Shown here: piece after piece, positions 38,406 through 47,767 of the stretch
Layout: each line of letters begins with the position of its first letter
How positions within the stretch are numbered: position 1 is the stretch's first letter
Origin: Oscillospiraceae bacterium
Lineage (GTDB): Bacteria > Bacillota > Clostridia > Oscillospirales > JAAYXM01
Length of the DNA stretch: 64,000 nucleotides
Direction of reading: 5' to 3'
Assembly: GCA_015068085.1 (NCBI GenBank)
Contig: SVLF01000002.1
Span: 39,861 to 103,860, forward strand
Made by a program: the position numbers and the translations under genes
The notes under the pieces: model-generated
Database searches by the model: none
Seen by the model: only the letters and a program-made list of their open reading frames with translations
Told to the model about the DNA's origin: nothing

Positions 38406-38463
38406 CGAACCCCCGACTTCTTGCATGTGAAGCAAGCGCTCTAACCGACTGAGCTACATCTCC
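38387..38463 (-). tRNA. tRNA-Val (anticodon CAC), CCA encoded
   Basis: GGAGAUGUAGCUCAGUCGGUUAGAGCGCUUGCUUCACAUGCAAGAAGUCGGGGGUUCGAGUCCCUUCAUCUCUACCA folds as a cloverleaf. The anticodon loop UUCACAU gives CAC. Confidence 0.9.
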
Positions 38464-38503
38464 GTATATCAGCCGAAGCTTTCTTCGGCTGAATATTATT
38501 GTA

Positions 38504-39649
38504 TCACATTTTATTTTGGATTTCAACTGTTTTTATCATTCTTGCCAGAGTCTCAAATGTCAATGCAAGATCGCTCTTTGCACGGTGCTTTGTTTCTGAA
38601 AAGCTCTTTGCAACACGATTAGTACTGAGAACAAAAGAAACGCCCATATCATATATCGTCTCGATGTTATCACCGATATCGCCGGCAATTACCGCAACCG
38701 GAGCTCCAAGCGCCTTTGCACGAAGAGCAATACCGGAAATAGCTTTTCCTCCGGTTGTCTGCCCGTCAACACGGCCTTCGCCCGTAATTACAAGATCGGC
38801 TTCTTTTGCAAGCTTATCAAATCTGCAAAGGTCAAGAACAGTATCGATTCCTTTTTGAAGCGTAGCGTCGAGAAAGACAATAGCTCCGGCTCCTGCGCCG
38901 CCTGCAGCTCCCGCACCGGGAATGGAAGCGACAGAAATTCCGACAACACGTTCTACAGTCTTCGAAAATGAGACAAGATTTTTATCAAGAAGCTTAACGC
39001 ATTCGTCATCTGCGCCTTTCTGCGGTGCAAAAACATACGCCGCGCCTTTTTCACCGTAAAGTGGGTTATCAATGTCGCACATAGCAACAACGTCGACACC
39101 GGAGAGCTTTTCTTTAGCGGCGGATAAGTCGATAGAAGAAATCTTATCGAGTGTTGCACCTACCGGTATAAACTCTTTCCCGTTGCGGTCTGAAAATTTA
39201 ACTCCCAGTGCTGATGCAAGTCCGCATGCCGCATCGTTAGTGCAGCTTCCACCGAGCGCAAGAATAATCTTTTGCACGCCGCGTCCGACGGCATCACAGA
39301 TAAGCTCACCCACACCATAGGTTGTGCTTTCGGCGGGATTATTGCTTTCTCCTGCCATAGGGAGTCCTGCAGCTGATGCAATCTCAACGACGGCAGTGTC
39401 ACCGCCTGCAATAGCGTAGCTTGCCGTTACCGGAGAAAAGTGCGGTCCGGTTACCTGCAGTGTTACTTTCTCACCTCCAAGGCAAGAAAGAAAACAATCT
39501 GCCGTCCCTTCACCGCCGTCTGCAATGGGGAGAAGAGAAAATTCTGCGTCCGGTATAATTTTTGAAATCGCGTTTTTTCCGATTTCACATATCTCAGATG
39601 CGCTCGCTGTTCCTTTGAATGAGTCCGGAGCGATAAGAAACTTTTTCAT
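38504..39649 (-). CDS. glxK: Glycerate kinase
   Basis: 381 aa. MKKFLIAPDSFKGTASA... N-terminus, and the ..LVITGEGRVDGQT..GK.. motif typical of the glycerate kinase family. Confidence 0.85.
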   Translation of the reverse strand: MKKFLIAPDSFKGTASASEICEIGKNAISKIIPDAEFSLLPIADGGEGTADCFLSCLGGEKVTLQVTGPHFSPVTASYAIAGGDTAVVEIASAAGLPMAGESNNPAESTTYGVGELICDAVGRGVQKIILALGGSCTNDAACGLASALGVKFSDRNGKEFIPVGATLDKISSIDLSAAKEKLSGVDVVAMCDIDNPLYGEKGAAYVFAPQKGADDECVKLLDKNLVSFSKTVERVVGISVASIPGAGAAGGAGAGAIVFLDATLQKGIDTVLDLCRFDKLAKEADLVITGEGRVDGQTTGGKAISGIALRAKALGAPVAVIAGDIGDNIETIYDMGVSFVLSTNRVAKSFSETKHRAKSDLALTFETLARMIKTVEIQNKM

Positions 39650-39666
39650 AGTAAAAGTGCATATAC

Positions 39667-40392
39667 TCAGAGCATTGAAGCTGCATCCTCATCGAGGAAT
39701 ACAGTTACATCCTTATGCATATGTAAAACAGAAGCAGGGCAATCCGTGCCGATAAGTCCGTCAAACATTCTCTTGACGATCGGAGCTTTGCTCTTGCCAC
39801 TTATTACCATAACAATCTTCTTTGCCTGCATAATCGGAGTAAGACCCATTGTGAGAGCCTCGCGCGGCATATCCTCAGGCTTTTCGAAATAGCCGGAATT
39901 TGCGTGGAATGTGCTTTCCGTAAGGCCTGTGCGATGTGTTGCGCCGATGAGCTTATCATCCGGTTCATTGAAACCGATATGACCATTGTGCCCTATTCCA
40001 AGAACCTGAAGGTCAATTCCGCCGTAAGACTCAATCTTCTCGTCATATGCGCGGCACTCAGCATCGGGATCGGAAACCTCACCATTGGGAACGTTTACAT
40101 TCTCCTTCTTGATGTTGACATGAGAGAAAAGGTTGTCGAACATAAAGTAATAGTAGCTCTGGTCATTTGATCTCTTGATGGGATAATACTCATCAAGGTT
40201 AAAGGTAGTAATGTCGGAAAAATCAATCTCTCCCGCTTTATTCATACGGACAAGCTCTTTGTACATCCCCACCGGAGAGCTGCCGGTTGCAAAGCCGAGA
40301 ATGCTTGACGGCTTTTCCTTAATCTGGGCAGCAACAAGCTTAGCTGCCTCGCGGGACATCTCTTCGTAATTTTTGCAAATGACTTTTTTCAT
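39667..40392 (-). CDS. nagB: Glucosamine-6-phosphate deaminase
   Basis: 241 aa. ..LGFATGSSPVGMYKEL.., ..FNLDEYY.., ..LGIGHNGHIGFNEP.. signatures. Confidence 0.9.
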   Translation of the reverse strand: MKKVICKNYEEMSREAAKLVAAQIKEKPSSILGFATGSSPVGMYKELVRMNKAGEIDFSDITTFNLDEYYPIKRSNDQSYYYFMFDNLFSHVNIKKENVNVPNGEVSDPDAECRAYDEKIESYGGIDLQVLGIGHNGHIGFNEPDDKLIGATHRTGLTESTFHANSGYFEKPEDMPREALTMGLTPIMQAKKIVMVISGKSKAPIVKRMFDGLIGTDCPASVLHMHKDVTVFLDEDAASML

Positions 40393-40533
40393 ATTATAAG
40401 AACTTCCTTTCTGATAACTTATTTATATTGTAACACACTTTCCGAAAAAATGGAATAGGGCAGACTAAATTTTACACAATTTAAATGACCAAAAAATTTT
40501 GAAAAAATAACGTTAAAAAAGTGAAAATTTTTC

Positions 40534-40562
40534 TTGACATTCACGCAAAAAAAAGGTATAAT
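40534..40562 (+). promoter_or_regulatory. Consensus sigma-A promoter for the tRNA-Asp/tRNA-Thr pair
   Basis: TTGACA (40534-40539), 17-nt spacer, TATAAT (40557-40562), about 20 nt upstream of tRNA-Asp. Confidence 0.75.
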
Positions 40563-40581
40563 ATTCAGGTATCACGCATAT

Positions 40582-40658
40582 GGCCCGGTAGTTCAGTTGG
40601 TTAGAACGCTAGCCTGTCACGCTAGAGGTCGTGGGTTCGAGCCCCATTCGGGTCGCCA
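40582..40658 (+). tRNA. tRNA-Asp (anticodon GTC), CCA encoded
   Basis: GGCCCGGTAGTTCAGTTGGTTAGAACGCTAGCCTGTCACGCTAGAGGTCGTGGGTTCGAGCCCCATTCGGGTCGCCA. The anticodon loop CTGTCAC gives GTC. Confidence 0.9.
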
Positions 40659-40664
40659 TAGTGT

Positions 40665-40740
<76 letters not shown>

Positions 40741-40831
40741 ATCTCTAACGCCCTGAAAGTGTTGTATTTCAATGCTTTCGGGGTTTTCTCTTTTTATAAC
40801 ACACTCAGGCATTATAACAAACAGCATATAT

Positions 40832-40861
40832 TTCTAACGGAATTCTAACCAACCTTCTAAC
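40832..40861 (+). promoter_or_regulatory. Three direct TTCTAAC repeats: candidate integrase arm-type binding sites
   Basis: TTCTAAC at 40832-40838, 40843-40849 and 40855-40861 (11-12-bp phasing), between attL and the int stop. Another TTCTAAC at 58988-58994 lies near attR, and CTCTAAC at 40743-40749. Confidence 0.5.
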
Positions 40862-40865
40862 GTAG

Positions 40866-42044
40866 CTATATTAAAAATGTATTGTCAATACTCTTTGCCA
40901 TAGCAACTTTTTGGTCTTCTTTTATGTGTGCATAGATATTTAAGGTCGTTTTCACATCCGCATGCCGAAGCCATAATTGGATGCTTTTTATATCCCATCC
41001 CTTTTCAAGAAGAATGCTTGCCGTAGAATGTCTGAGCTTATGAAAAGTGATGCGTGGTAAATCACTTTTCTTTATTATTTTCTCAAACTTCTTACTGACA
41101 TAATCAGGCGAATATGGAGTTCCGTCTTCCCATACAAAGATGTAATCAGTATCTTTGTATCCTGTTCCAAAAATATCCTTATTTTCTTGCTTCTTATGTA
41201 TGAGTTCCAAGAACATCTCTTTTATTTTAGGAAGTAGTGGAAAAGTTGTGTTACTTGTGTCACTTTTGGTAGAATCTTTATATACAATGCTTTTGTTACA
41301 AACTACTGTATGATTTATTGTAAACTCATTTTTATCAAAGTCTATTGCGGACACTCGTAGCCCTAACACCTCAGATCTTCGCAAACCATAATACAGCACC
41401 ACCGAAATAAGGGTTTTATAGGTATAGTCAGTTATCAATCCCAAAAGTTTGTTCGCTTGAGTGTTGTTGTAAAACTGGATTGGTGCAGATTTCTGTGACT
41501 TTGGTAGTTTGGCAAATGTTACCGGGTTATAATCCGTTATACGATTAAATATTGCATCTTCAAATACCTGATTAAGCACAATACGATGTTTTCTCAACGA
41601 TGATACAGCAAGTCCTATCGGAGCATCGGTGTTCTTTGCTTTATCGTATCTTCGGATTTTACCGTTTAAGAACTTTTCGTTATAATATTCTTGTATGTGC
41701 TTAGCGGTAACATCTCTAATGTCAAGCTTCATATCCTTGAAGTATGGCAATATATGAGCATTACAAGTTGTTTCGTAGCCCTCGTATGTAACTATATCAA
41801 TTTGAGGCTTTTTTAGCTCAAGCCATTGATGGATATAATCAGTAAACATAATTTTTTGCAAACTCTCAGCACTCGTGTGTTCGTACTTAGCCAAAAGGTC
41901 TCGCAACATACTTTCCGCACGTTTTTTATTTCCTTTTGCTTCTAATCCAGTAGCAAACCATTTTGGCTTACGCCGTCCTTTGTTGTCTTTAAAATTAAGA
42001 ACACAGTATAATTTATTTCCTTTAACTTGAACGCTACCCGTCAT
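40866..42044 (-). CDS. int: Tyrosine recombinase (phage integrase family)
   Basis: 392 aa. N-terminal arm-binding-like domain (VQVKGNKLYCVLNFKDNKGRRKPKW). The C-terminal catalytic region has ..LRRSEVLGL.., HKLRHSTASILLEKG and ..LRHADVKTTLNIYAH (R-H-R-Y). Confidence 0.9.
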   Translation of the reverse strand: MTGSVQVKGNKLYCVLNFKDNKGRRKPKWFATGLEAKGNKKRAESMLRDLLAKYEHTSAESLQKIMFTDYIHQWLELKKPQIDIVTYEGYETTCNAHILPYFKDMKLDIRDVTAKHIQEYYNEKFLNGKIRRYDKAKNTDAPIGLAVSSLRKHRIVLNQVFEDAIFNRITDYNPVTFAKLPKSQKSAPIQFYNNTQANKLLGLITDYTYKTLISVVLYYGLRRSEVLGLRVSAIDFDKNEFTINHTVVCNKSIVYKDSTKSDTSNTTFPLLPKIKEMFLELIHKKQENKDIFGTGYKDTDYIFVWEDGTPYSPDYVSKKFEKIIKKSDLPRITFHKLRHSTASILLEKGWDIKSIQLWLRHADVKTTLNIYAHIKEDQKVAMAKSIDNTFLI

Positions 42045-42105
42045 TTTTAACTCCTTTCTCGTGAGTAGCCCACCACAAATATTATATACGATGGGCTGTA
42101 TAATT

Positions 42106-42294
42106 TCAAGCTGCGGTTTTGTTTATAAATTCAATTAAACAAGCTTTTGGAATACGATATTTTCCCGCTATCATAAACGACTTGATAACCCCGTCTTTCA
42201 GGAGTTTGTATGCTGTGTTTTTTCCTATATCTAAAGCTGTGCAAACATCCTGCACAGTCATAACATCACTATAATTTTTAAATATAATAATCAT
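42106..42294 (-). CDS. xis: Excisionase-family HTH DNA-binding protein
   Basis: 62 aa. MTVQDVCTALDIGKNTAYKLLKDGVIKSFMIAGKYRIPKACLIEF matches the excisionase/MerR-like HTH pattern. Located directly upstream of int. Confidence 0.75.
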   Translation of the reverse strand: MIIIFKNYSDVMTVQDVCTALDIGKNTAYKLLKDGVIKSFMIAGKYRIPKACLIEFINKTAA

Positions 42295-42355
42295 TTCTCC
42301 TTGTATATGTTTTTATAGGTGAGCGGACGGCACGATTAAACCGCCCGCTCGTGTT

Positions 42356-45300
42356 TTAGTTATTGAGGGATTTTGCCTGTACTGTGTGGAGCAGTCTTCT
42401 AAGTGTGTCTTCAATATCATTTGATTCTGTGATATTCACATTGCCGTTCATATTGTAATTGTTGGTTACAGCTCTATCGGAAATATTCTTAGACAATCCT
42501 ACATTTGGCTTCGGGATATTGAACATATCTGCCAATGGTCTAAGAGTATTCGCGTTGAATATAGTCTCAAGGTTATTCGCAAACCTATCAAACAGAAGGT
42601 TGTTCTCGGGCGTGAGTATCTTTTCGGTAAGGCTCGGAGAAAGAACAGCCTCATCCTTTTCGGTTGCCTTGATGCCTCCGAGACCTTTAAGAACACCGCC
42701 ACTGTCATAAAGAGGCTTACCATTTTGATAATACTTGCCATTGGACGGATTGTAGTCTGCGCCGATTGAAGCCGCAAGTTTTTGGTTCGTTGCGTGAAGT
42801 TCTGCCTTTGTGGTGCTGTCCGAGACGTGCCACTTAGTAGAATTGTTCATCATCTGCTGGACAACAGAACCTACATTAGCATTTGGATTTACACTGCCCC
42901 ATCTACCGGAACTTGATGAAGAACCAGACGAAGAGCCCGAACCACTTGATGAACCACCACTTGTATAGCTTTCAATATTAATGTTGCCTAATTCAGCAGT
43001 CAGCTCATTTACGATATCGGCGAAATTATCAAGCGGGTCTTTAAGAAGTTCAACCTTCGTAGAAAAGTCTTCAATCTTATCATGAAGATCTTCCATCGCT
43101 AAGTCAATAGCTTCTTGTTCAAGTTGCCAGCGACCAATACGAGCTTCTAAAGAGTTGGTGTATTCTAACTGCGTCTTCTCGCGCTCAAGCTGTTCCACCT
43201 GAGCCTTTGCGTCTGCTAAATCCTCAGTTGCCTGACGGAGCTGGTCTGTGTCATGCGTCCACACCCATTTTCCATCAACTATCTGCCGGATGTTCTTTTC
43301 TGCAAGAATATTATTGAATGCGTCTTGCTTTTTCTGAAGGTCAACTTCTGCCTGTACAATCTCAAGTTCTTTTTCTTTGATAGCAAGTCTGCGTTCATAC
43401 TGCGCGGTAATCTCTTCGGCTTTATATATCTCGTTAGTACCTAATCTATTGATGTCGGAGATATAATCATCCGTCAACCCTTCGACGTAATCAGATATCT
43501 CTTTTATCTTGTCCATTTCTAACGCGTAATCATCGTCGTTATAGACAAGCTTGCGGGTTTCTTCGTCAAGATATTCAGAACCTATCTTAGATGTTGCAAG
43601 AGCCTTTTCCGCTTCTCGCTGTGCAGATATGAGTTTATTTTCAAGACTGAACTGTGCCTTCTTGATGTCGAGAAGAGCCTGAGTTTTCTCTATGAGATAA
43701 TCATAGTATTCTTTTTCTTGCTCAGACTGTTTCTCCTGAAGTTCTGCATGACGTTCAAGTTGGTCAATGAGATTTGAAAGATGGTCATAGTGTGCCTCTT
43801 GTAAATCTTTACGTAGGTCAAAGACTTCTTTTTCGAGACCCATAATATCATCATAATATTCAAACCAAGACTTCTTGAACTCCTGTATCATCTTCATATC
43901 ATCTTCAAAGGCTTCTTGTTTTGCCTTAGAAGTGAATGAATTGTAATACCTGTTGTAAGCCTCTGTGAACTCACCGTTAGCGTGGAAGAATGAATCTACG
44001 TTTATACCTTTATACTTGTCTCGTATCTTCTGCGCCTCTTTGCTGAGTTCTTTTTGAGCTACCTTACTTGCTTCTATGGTCTTGAGCCGGTTATCAAGAG
44101 CCTTATTTGTGAGTTCAACATATTTGTCATACTCTTTTTCAGCATCGACCATATCAAGCTGATTATCAATGATTTCGCCTTGTCTTTCAAGTGCTTCGAC
44201 ATTGGATGCAATGCGATTGATTATCGCATCTGTTGGATCTGCCTTGTCGGGCTTATCTTTGTCGGTAGAGGATTTGGAAGAAACATCACCGGATGAACTA
44301 CCGCCACTATTGTCTATGTAATCTTCTGCCTTTAGCGGAGTAAAGCCCCAATTAAACGTACCATCTTCAATTGTACGCTTGATATAATTACCACGACGTT
44401 TTGCATCTTTACTTGCTCCCGGCAATAGGTTTTGTCTCATTATCTCAAGACGATTTAATGCGTCCGCACTTGCACCTGCTGCGTTGGCTAATGCTATCAA
44501 AGCCCGTATATCGGATTCCGTGTTGAGCTTTTTTGCAATTACACCATTTTTCGCCTCTGCATATTTAGTAAGCTCTTTTCTCGCATCTTGTGCTGATTGA
44601 CCAACTCCATTGAAGGCGTTGGCTACCTGTAGCAAATCATCGTCTGTTTTCCCGGAAATGAATCCGATATCAACGAGTTTTTGAATAAAGCCACTATATG
44701 CAGGGTCTTTGAGCATTTCTGCCGTAACCTTACCTTGCTTGCCTAAATCCTGCAACCCCTGAACAACGTCATCAAACTGCCAATTGTCGACTATTCGGTT
44801 AAAGGCGTTTGTTTTTGCATCTGTACCACCCATAGCAATAGCCATTTTATCTTGGAAATCATTTATAAAGTCAAGCCATTCATTGACTTTTCTTTCATCT
44901 TCGGTTTGTGGACTTGCTATATATTCAATACCATCAGAATCGGTCTGCCATTCGGTGTTCTTTTTGTTGTAATACTCTTGAAGGTCATTAATTTGCTTTT
45001 GAATTCTCTCTTTTTCTTTTTCGGTTGAGGCAGTTGATAATTCATTTCTAAGTCGCTCAATTTCCTTAAAAGACTGTTCTATGAACTCTTTTTCTGTCGC
45101 TACAGAATATGATGTGTCACTCCCGCTCGCAGATGTGCTATTTCCAAAAGATATGTTACCATCTGCATCTTTCCTATATTCGGTAAAAACATCAACGTCT
45201 TTGCTCATAGTCTCAACAAAGGCTTTGTTAGTCTCGCGCAATTTGATTTTCTCTTGCATTTCAAGCAGGTCTTTTTGTCTTTCAAGCTCGTTATTCTGCT

Positions 45301-47284
45301 TGCGGAGTTTTTCAAGTTCCTCTCCCTCAGTAAATGTAAGCTTGTCCTTGCTTTCAAGTTCTGCAAGTCTCTGTCGGGTGGTTTGAAGTTCGTCATTCAA
45401 TCCCTGTAATTCGGATTTTATATTTGAATACTCTGACTTTAAATTAGAAAGTGCTTCGCGGGATTCTTCAAGTGATACGGTGAAGTAATCGACTGCTTTC
45501 ACTATACCATAAATTCCTAATGCCACCACCGTTGCCATTCCAAGCGGAGAGGAAATCCAAGCCATTGCTTGTCTACCCAACTGCTCTGTGACAAGTCCTA
45601 TTGCAGTGCCGAGACTTCCTTCAGCGACACCGACAGCGAGAGTATCAGCTATGATTGAACGAGCGCGAATTCCACGCCACAGTCTTCCTGTCAGCGCAAG
45701 AGCCGTATTTACGAGAACTATTTGGCTAATTAGCCGACCTGTCGGCGAATCCATCGCGTCTATAGCGGATACTAACAGGTCTAACGAGTTCTTGACGGTC
45801 TCTACGTTAGACATATTTGCTATGTACTCAGCCCACTCTGCTGATACCTGCTTGCTTTTTGCGCTCCACGAATCAAGATATATCTCATTCTCTCTTAATG
45901 CGCTCCCGCTCGAATTTGCAGTTATCTCTATCGCTTTTTTAACATCATTCCAATTTTCAATTACGGATATAAATGCATTCGACTGTCGTTTATTGCTGAT
46001 ACTCTCAGCCAATGCACTCTGCTGTATGGATGATAAACTCTCCCATTTATCCGCTATATCTTCAAGAACTCTCATTGGATTTCTGAGTTCGTTTTGTCCA
46101 TTTACAACTTCTCGAATTTGGATTCCGATTGAGTTAAGTGTTTTCTCTGCCTTCGCAAGCTTGTCCGCATCAATGACTTCACCGGTCTCTAAATCGGTAC
46201 CACGAATTTGTGACAGGCTCATAATTATTGTGCGCCAAGCACGGCTCATTTCCTCACCGCTTCGCTGAGTCTTTGCAGTGGCTGTTCCGATGATAGCTGC
46301 ATAGTCTTGAGCTGAAAGTCCGGCTTGTGCAAACATGCTACCTGATACAGTTACACCTGAAGCGAGTTTTTCAACATCTGTTGCTGTGCGATTTGACAAT
46401 TCGTTAAACATATCAAGAATTTTTGTAAGTTCTTGAATATTTCCGTTCAATTGCCATGCCGCATCTGACGAGACGATGAACTCATTTGCAAGTTCATTTT
46501 CGATATCTCCTGTGTTTTCGGAAAGAAGGGCAAGTTCGCTCAATGCTGATGAGTTATTTCCATATCCGGCTTTTGCGAATCGCTCTGTGCTTTCTGCATA
46601 TTCCGATGCCAAACGCCCATATTTAGAAGCGCTCTTAAAGGCATCATCAGTAATGGTTTTTATTTCTTCTTTACTTGCCCCAGTAACCTTACGATAACCA
46701 ACCATAGCATCGTCAACAGCCTTAAGTTCCCGGTATGCCTCAGTGATTTTATTTATAGTTTCGTTAAGAAGTCGGTACTGAATAATATATTGTAGTCCGC
46801 GCCCTAACCCCGCAACGAAATCGTTAGTCGCGTTACCCGCGTTCCTAAGGTGCTCGTGAGTGTGCCTTACATTTTCATTTACCTCTTGTGTAATGTTGCG
46901 ATTGACAGTTAATGTTCTGTTTTCTGTTGCCAATGCTTGCACCGCACGGTTTTCTGTTTGGAGAGTCCGCTCCCGCTCTACCGCGATCTGTTGAGCTATT
47001 CGCTGTTGTTCACTTAACGCCCTGATGCGCTCTGTTTCGAGACGGTAAGATTGTTGGCTTTGAGTTAAATTCGCGTTAATATTAATATTGGAATTCTGAA
47101 TTCTTCTCGCGGTCTGCTCAAGCCTTTCTAACTGCGCTATACAATTGTTTACCGAGTTCGTATTGAATGTCAGTGTAATGCGTTGATTATTTAGCCGATT
47201 AATAATATTCCTGACTTGATTTTCTACATTAGTAGCTGACTGAGGATTCAGCACTAATTGAAGCCTTATAATGTCGTCTCCCAT
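42356..47284 (-). CDS. Phage tail tape-measure-like protein (TP901-type core)
   Basis: 1642 aa, long coiled-coil-rich. The core ..NRTATDVEKLASGVTVSGSMFAQAGLSAQDYAAIIGTATAKTQRSGEEMSRAWRTIIMSL.. matches the TMP core as I recall it. It is followed by hydrophobic helices (..LISQIVLVNTALALTG.., ..MATVVALGIYGIVKAV..) and a Ser/Gly tract near the C-terminus. Confidence 0.8.
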   Translation of the reverse strand: MGDDIIRLQLVLNPQSATNVENQVRNIINRLNNQRITLTFNTNSVNNCIAQLERLEQTARRIQNSNININANLTQSQQSYRLETERIRALSEQQRIAQQIAVERERTLQTENRAVQALATENRTLTVNRNITQEVNENVRHTHEHLRNAGNATNDFVAGLGRGLQYIIQYRLLNETINKITEAYRELKAVDDAMVGYRKVTGASKEEIKTITDDAFKSASKYGRLASEYAESTERFAKAGYGNNSSALSELALLSENTGDIENELANEFIVSSDAAWQLNGNIQELTKILDMFNELSNRTATDVEKLASGVTVSGSMFAQAGLSAQDYAAIIGTATAKTQRSGEEMSRAWRTIIMSLSQIRGTDLETGEVIDADKLAKAEKTLNSIGIQIREVVNGQNELRNPMRVLEDIADKWESLSSIQQSALAESISNKRQSNAFISVIENWNDVKKAIEITANSSGSALRENEIYLDSWSAKSKQVSAEWAEYIANMSNVETVKNSLDLLVSAIDAMDSPTGRLISQIVLVNTALALTGRLWRGIRARSIIADTLAVGVAEGSLGTAIGLVTEQLGRQAMAWISSPLGMATVVALGIYGIVKAVDYFTVSLEESREALSNLKSEYSNIKSELQGLNDELQTTRQRLAELESKDKLTFTEGEELEKLRKQNNELERQKDLLEMQEKIKLRETNKAFVETMSKDVDVFTEYRKDADGNISFGNSTSASGSDTSYSVATEKEFIEQSFKEIERLRNELSTASTEKEKERIQKQINDLQEYYNKKNTEWQTDSDGIEYIASPQTEDERKVNEWLDFINDFQDKMAIAMGGTDAKTNAFNRIVDNWQFDDVVQGLQDLGKQGKVTAEMLKDPAYSGFIQKLVDIGFISGKTDDDLLQVANAFNGVGQSAQDARKELTKYAEAKNGVIAKKLNTESDIRALIALANAAGASADALNRLEIMRQNLLPGASKDAKRRGNYIKRTIEDGTFNWGFTPLKAEDYIDNSGGSSSGDVSSKSSTDKDKPDKADPTDAIINRIASNVEALERQGEIIDNQLDMVDAEKEYDKYVELTNKALDNRLKTIEASKVAQKELSKEAQKIRDKYKGINVDSFFHANGEFTEAYNRYYNSFTSKAKQEAFEDDMKMIQEFKKSWFEYYDDIMGLEKEVFDLRKDLQEAHYDHLSNLIDQLERHAELQEKQSEQEKEYYDYLIEKTQALLDIKKAQFSLENKLISAQREAEKALATSKIGSEYLDEETRKLVYNDDDYALEMDKIKEISDYVEGLTDDYISDINRLGTNEIYKAEEITAQYERRLAIKEKELEIVQAEVDLQKKQDAFNNILAEKNIRQIVDGKWVWTHDTDQLRQATEDLADAKAQVEQLEREKTQLEYTNSLEARIGRWQLEQEAIDLAMEDLHDKIEDFSTKVELLKDPLDNFADIVNELTAELGNINIESYTSGGSSSGSGSSSGSSSSSGRWGSVNPNANVGSVVQQMMNNSTKWHVSDSTTKAELHATNQKLAASIGADYNPSNGKYYQNGKPLYDSGGVLKGLGGIKATEKDEAVLSPSLTEKILTPENNLLFDRFANNLETIFNANTLRPLADMFNIPKPNVGLSKNISDRAVTNNYNMNGNVNITESNDIEDTLRRLLHTVQAKSLNN

Positions 47285-47298
47285 GGCTCACTCCTTTC

Positions 47299-47751
47299 TT
47301 ATGCTTCGGTCTTCATTTCATCAAGCTTTTCTATCAGCTCGTCTTTGCTCTTATTCAATTTTTCAATGTTCTCGGGTGTAACTTCTGACTTGATAGCCTC
47401 GTTAATGCGAGCCATAATATCATTCTCACGAGTAATGACATTCTTAATTTCATCTTCAAGCATAGCCTTGAACACCCTTACATCCTCAATGAAGCGATTC
47501 TTCCCGGTGCCTACATTGCTTTCTGAAATATTGCAATTATCAAAATCAGAAATAGACATCATCTCATCTTCCTTAATGTCAACAGCCTTAAGAAGTCGAC
47601 CTACTGCAACTGTCTTTATGTAAAGCTGCTTCTTCAGTGAGTTTATAACCGTAATGCCGTCTTCGTTTTTCTCTGTGCAATTCTCAGCCCCTATAAGTGC
47701 GAGCTTATAAAGCTCTGTAAGGCTTGTTCTTTTATAATTAATCTTATCCAT
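47299..47751 (-). CDS. Hypothetical protein (150 aa), directly upstream of the tape-measure gene
   Basis: Intact ORF, 14 nt from the TMP start, with an SD. The position would fit a tail assembly chaperone, but I see no sequence support. Confidence 0.45.
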   Translation of the reverse strand: MDKINYKRTSLTELYKLALIGAENCTEKNEDGITVINSLKKQLYIKTVAVGRLLKAVDIKEDEMMSISDFDNCNISESNVGTGKNRFIEDVRVFKAMLEDEIKNVITRENDIMARINEAIKSEVTPENIEKLNKSKDELIEKLDEMKTEA

Positions 47752-47767
47752 ATTTTCCTCCTAAAAA

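Noticed and set aside
38089-38526. 145-aa minus-strand ORF
   Set aside because: It runs straight through tRNA-Val and the two tandem repeat units. Its internally repeated peptide (..KKGAGGTLFSPR..) is just the translated DNA repeat.
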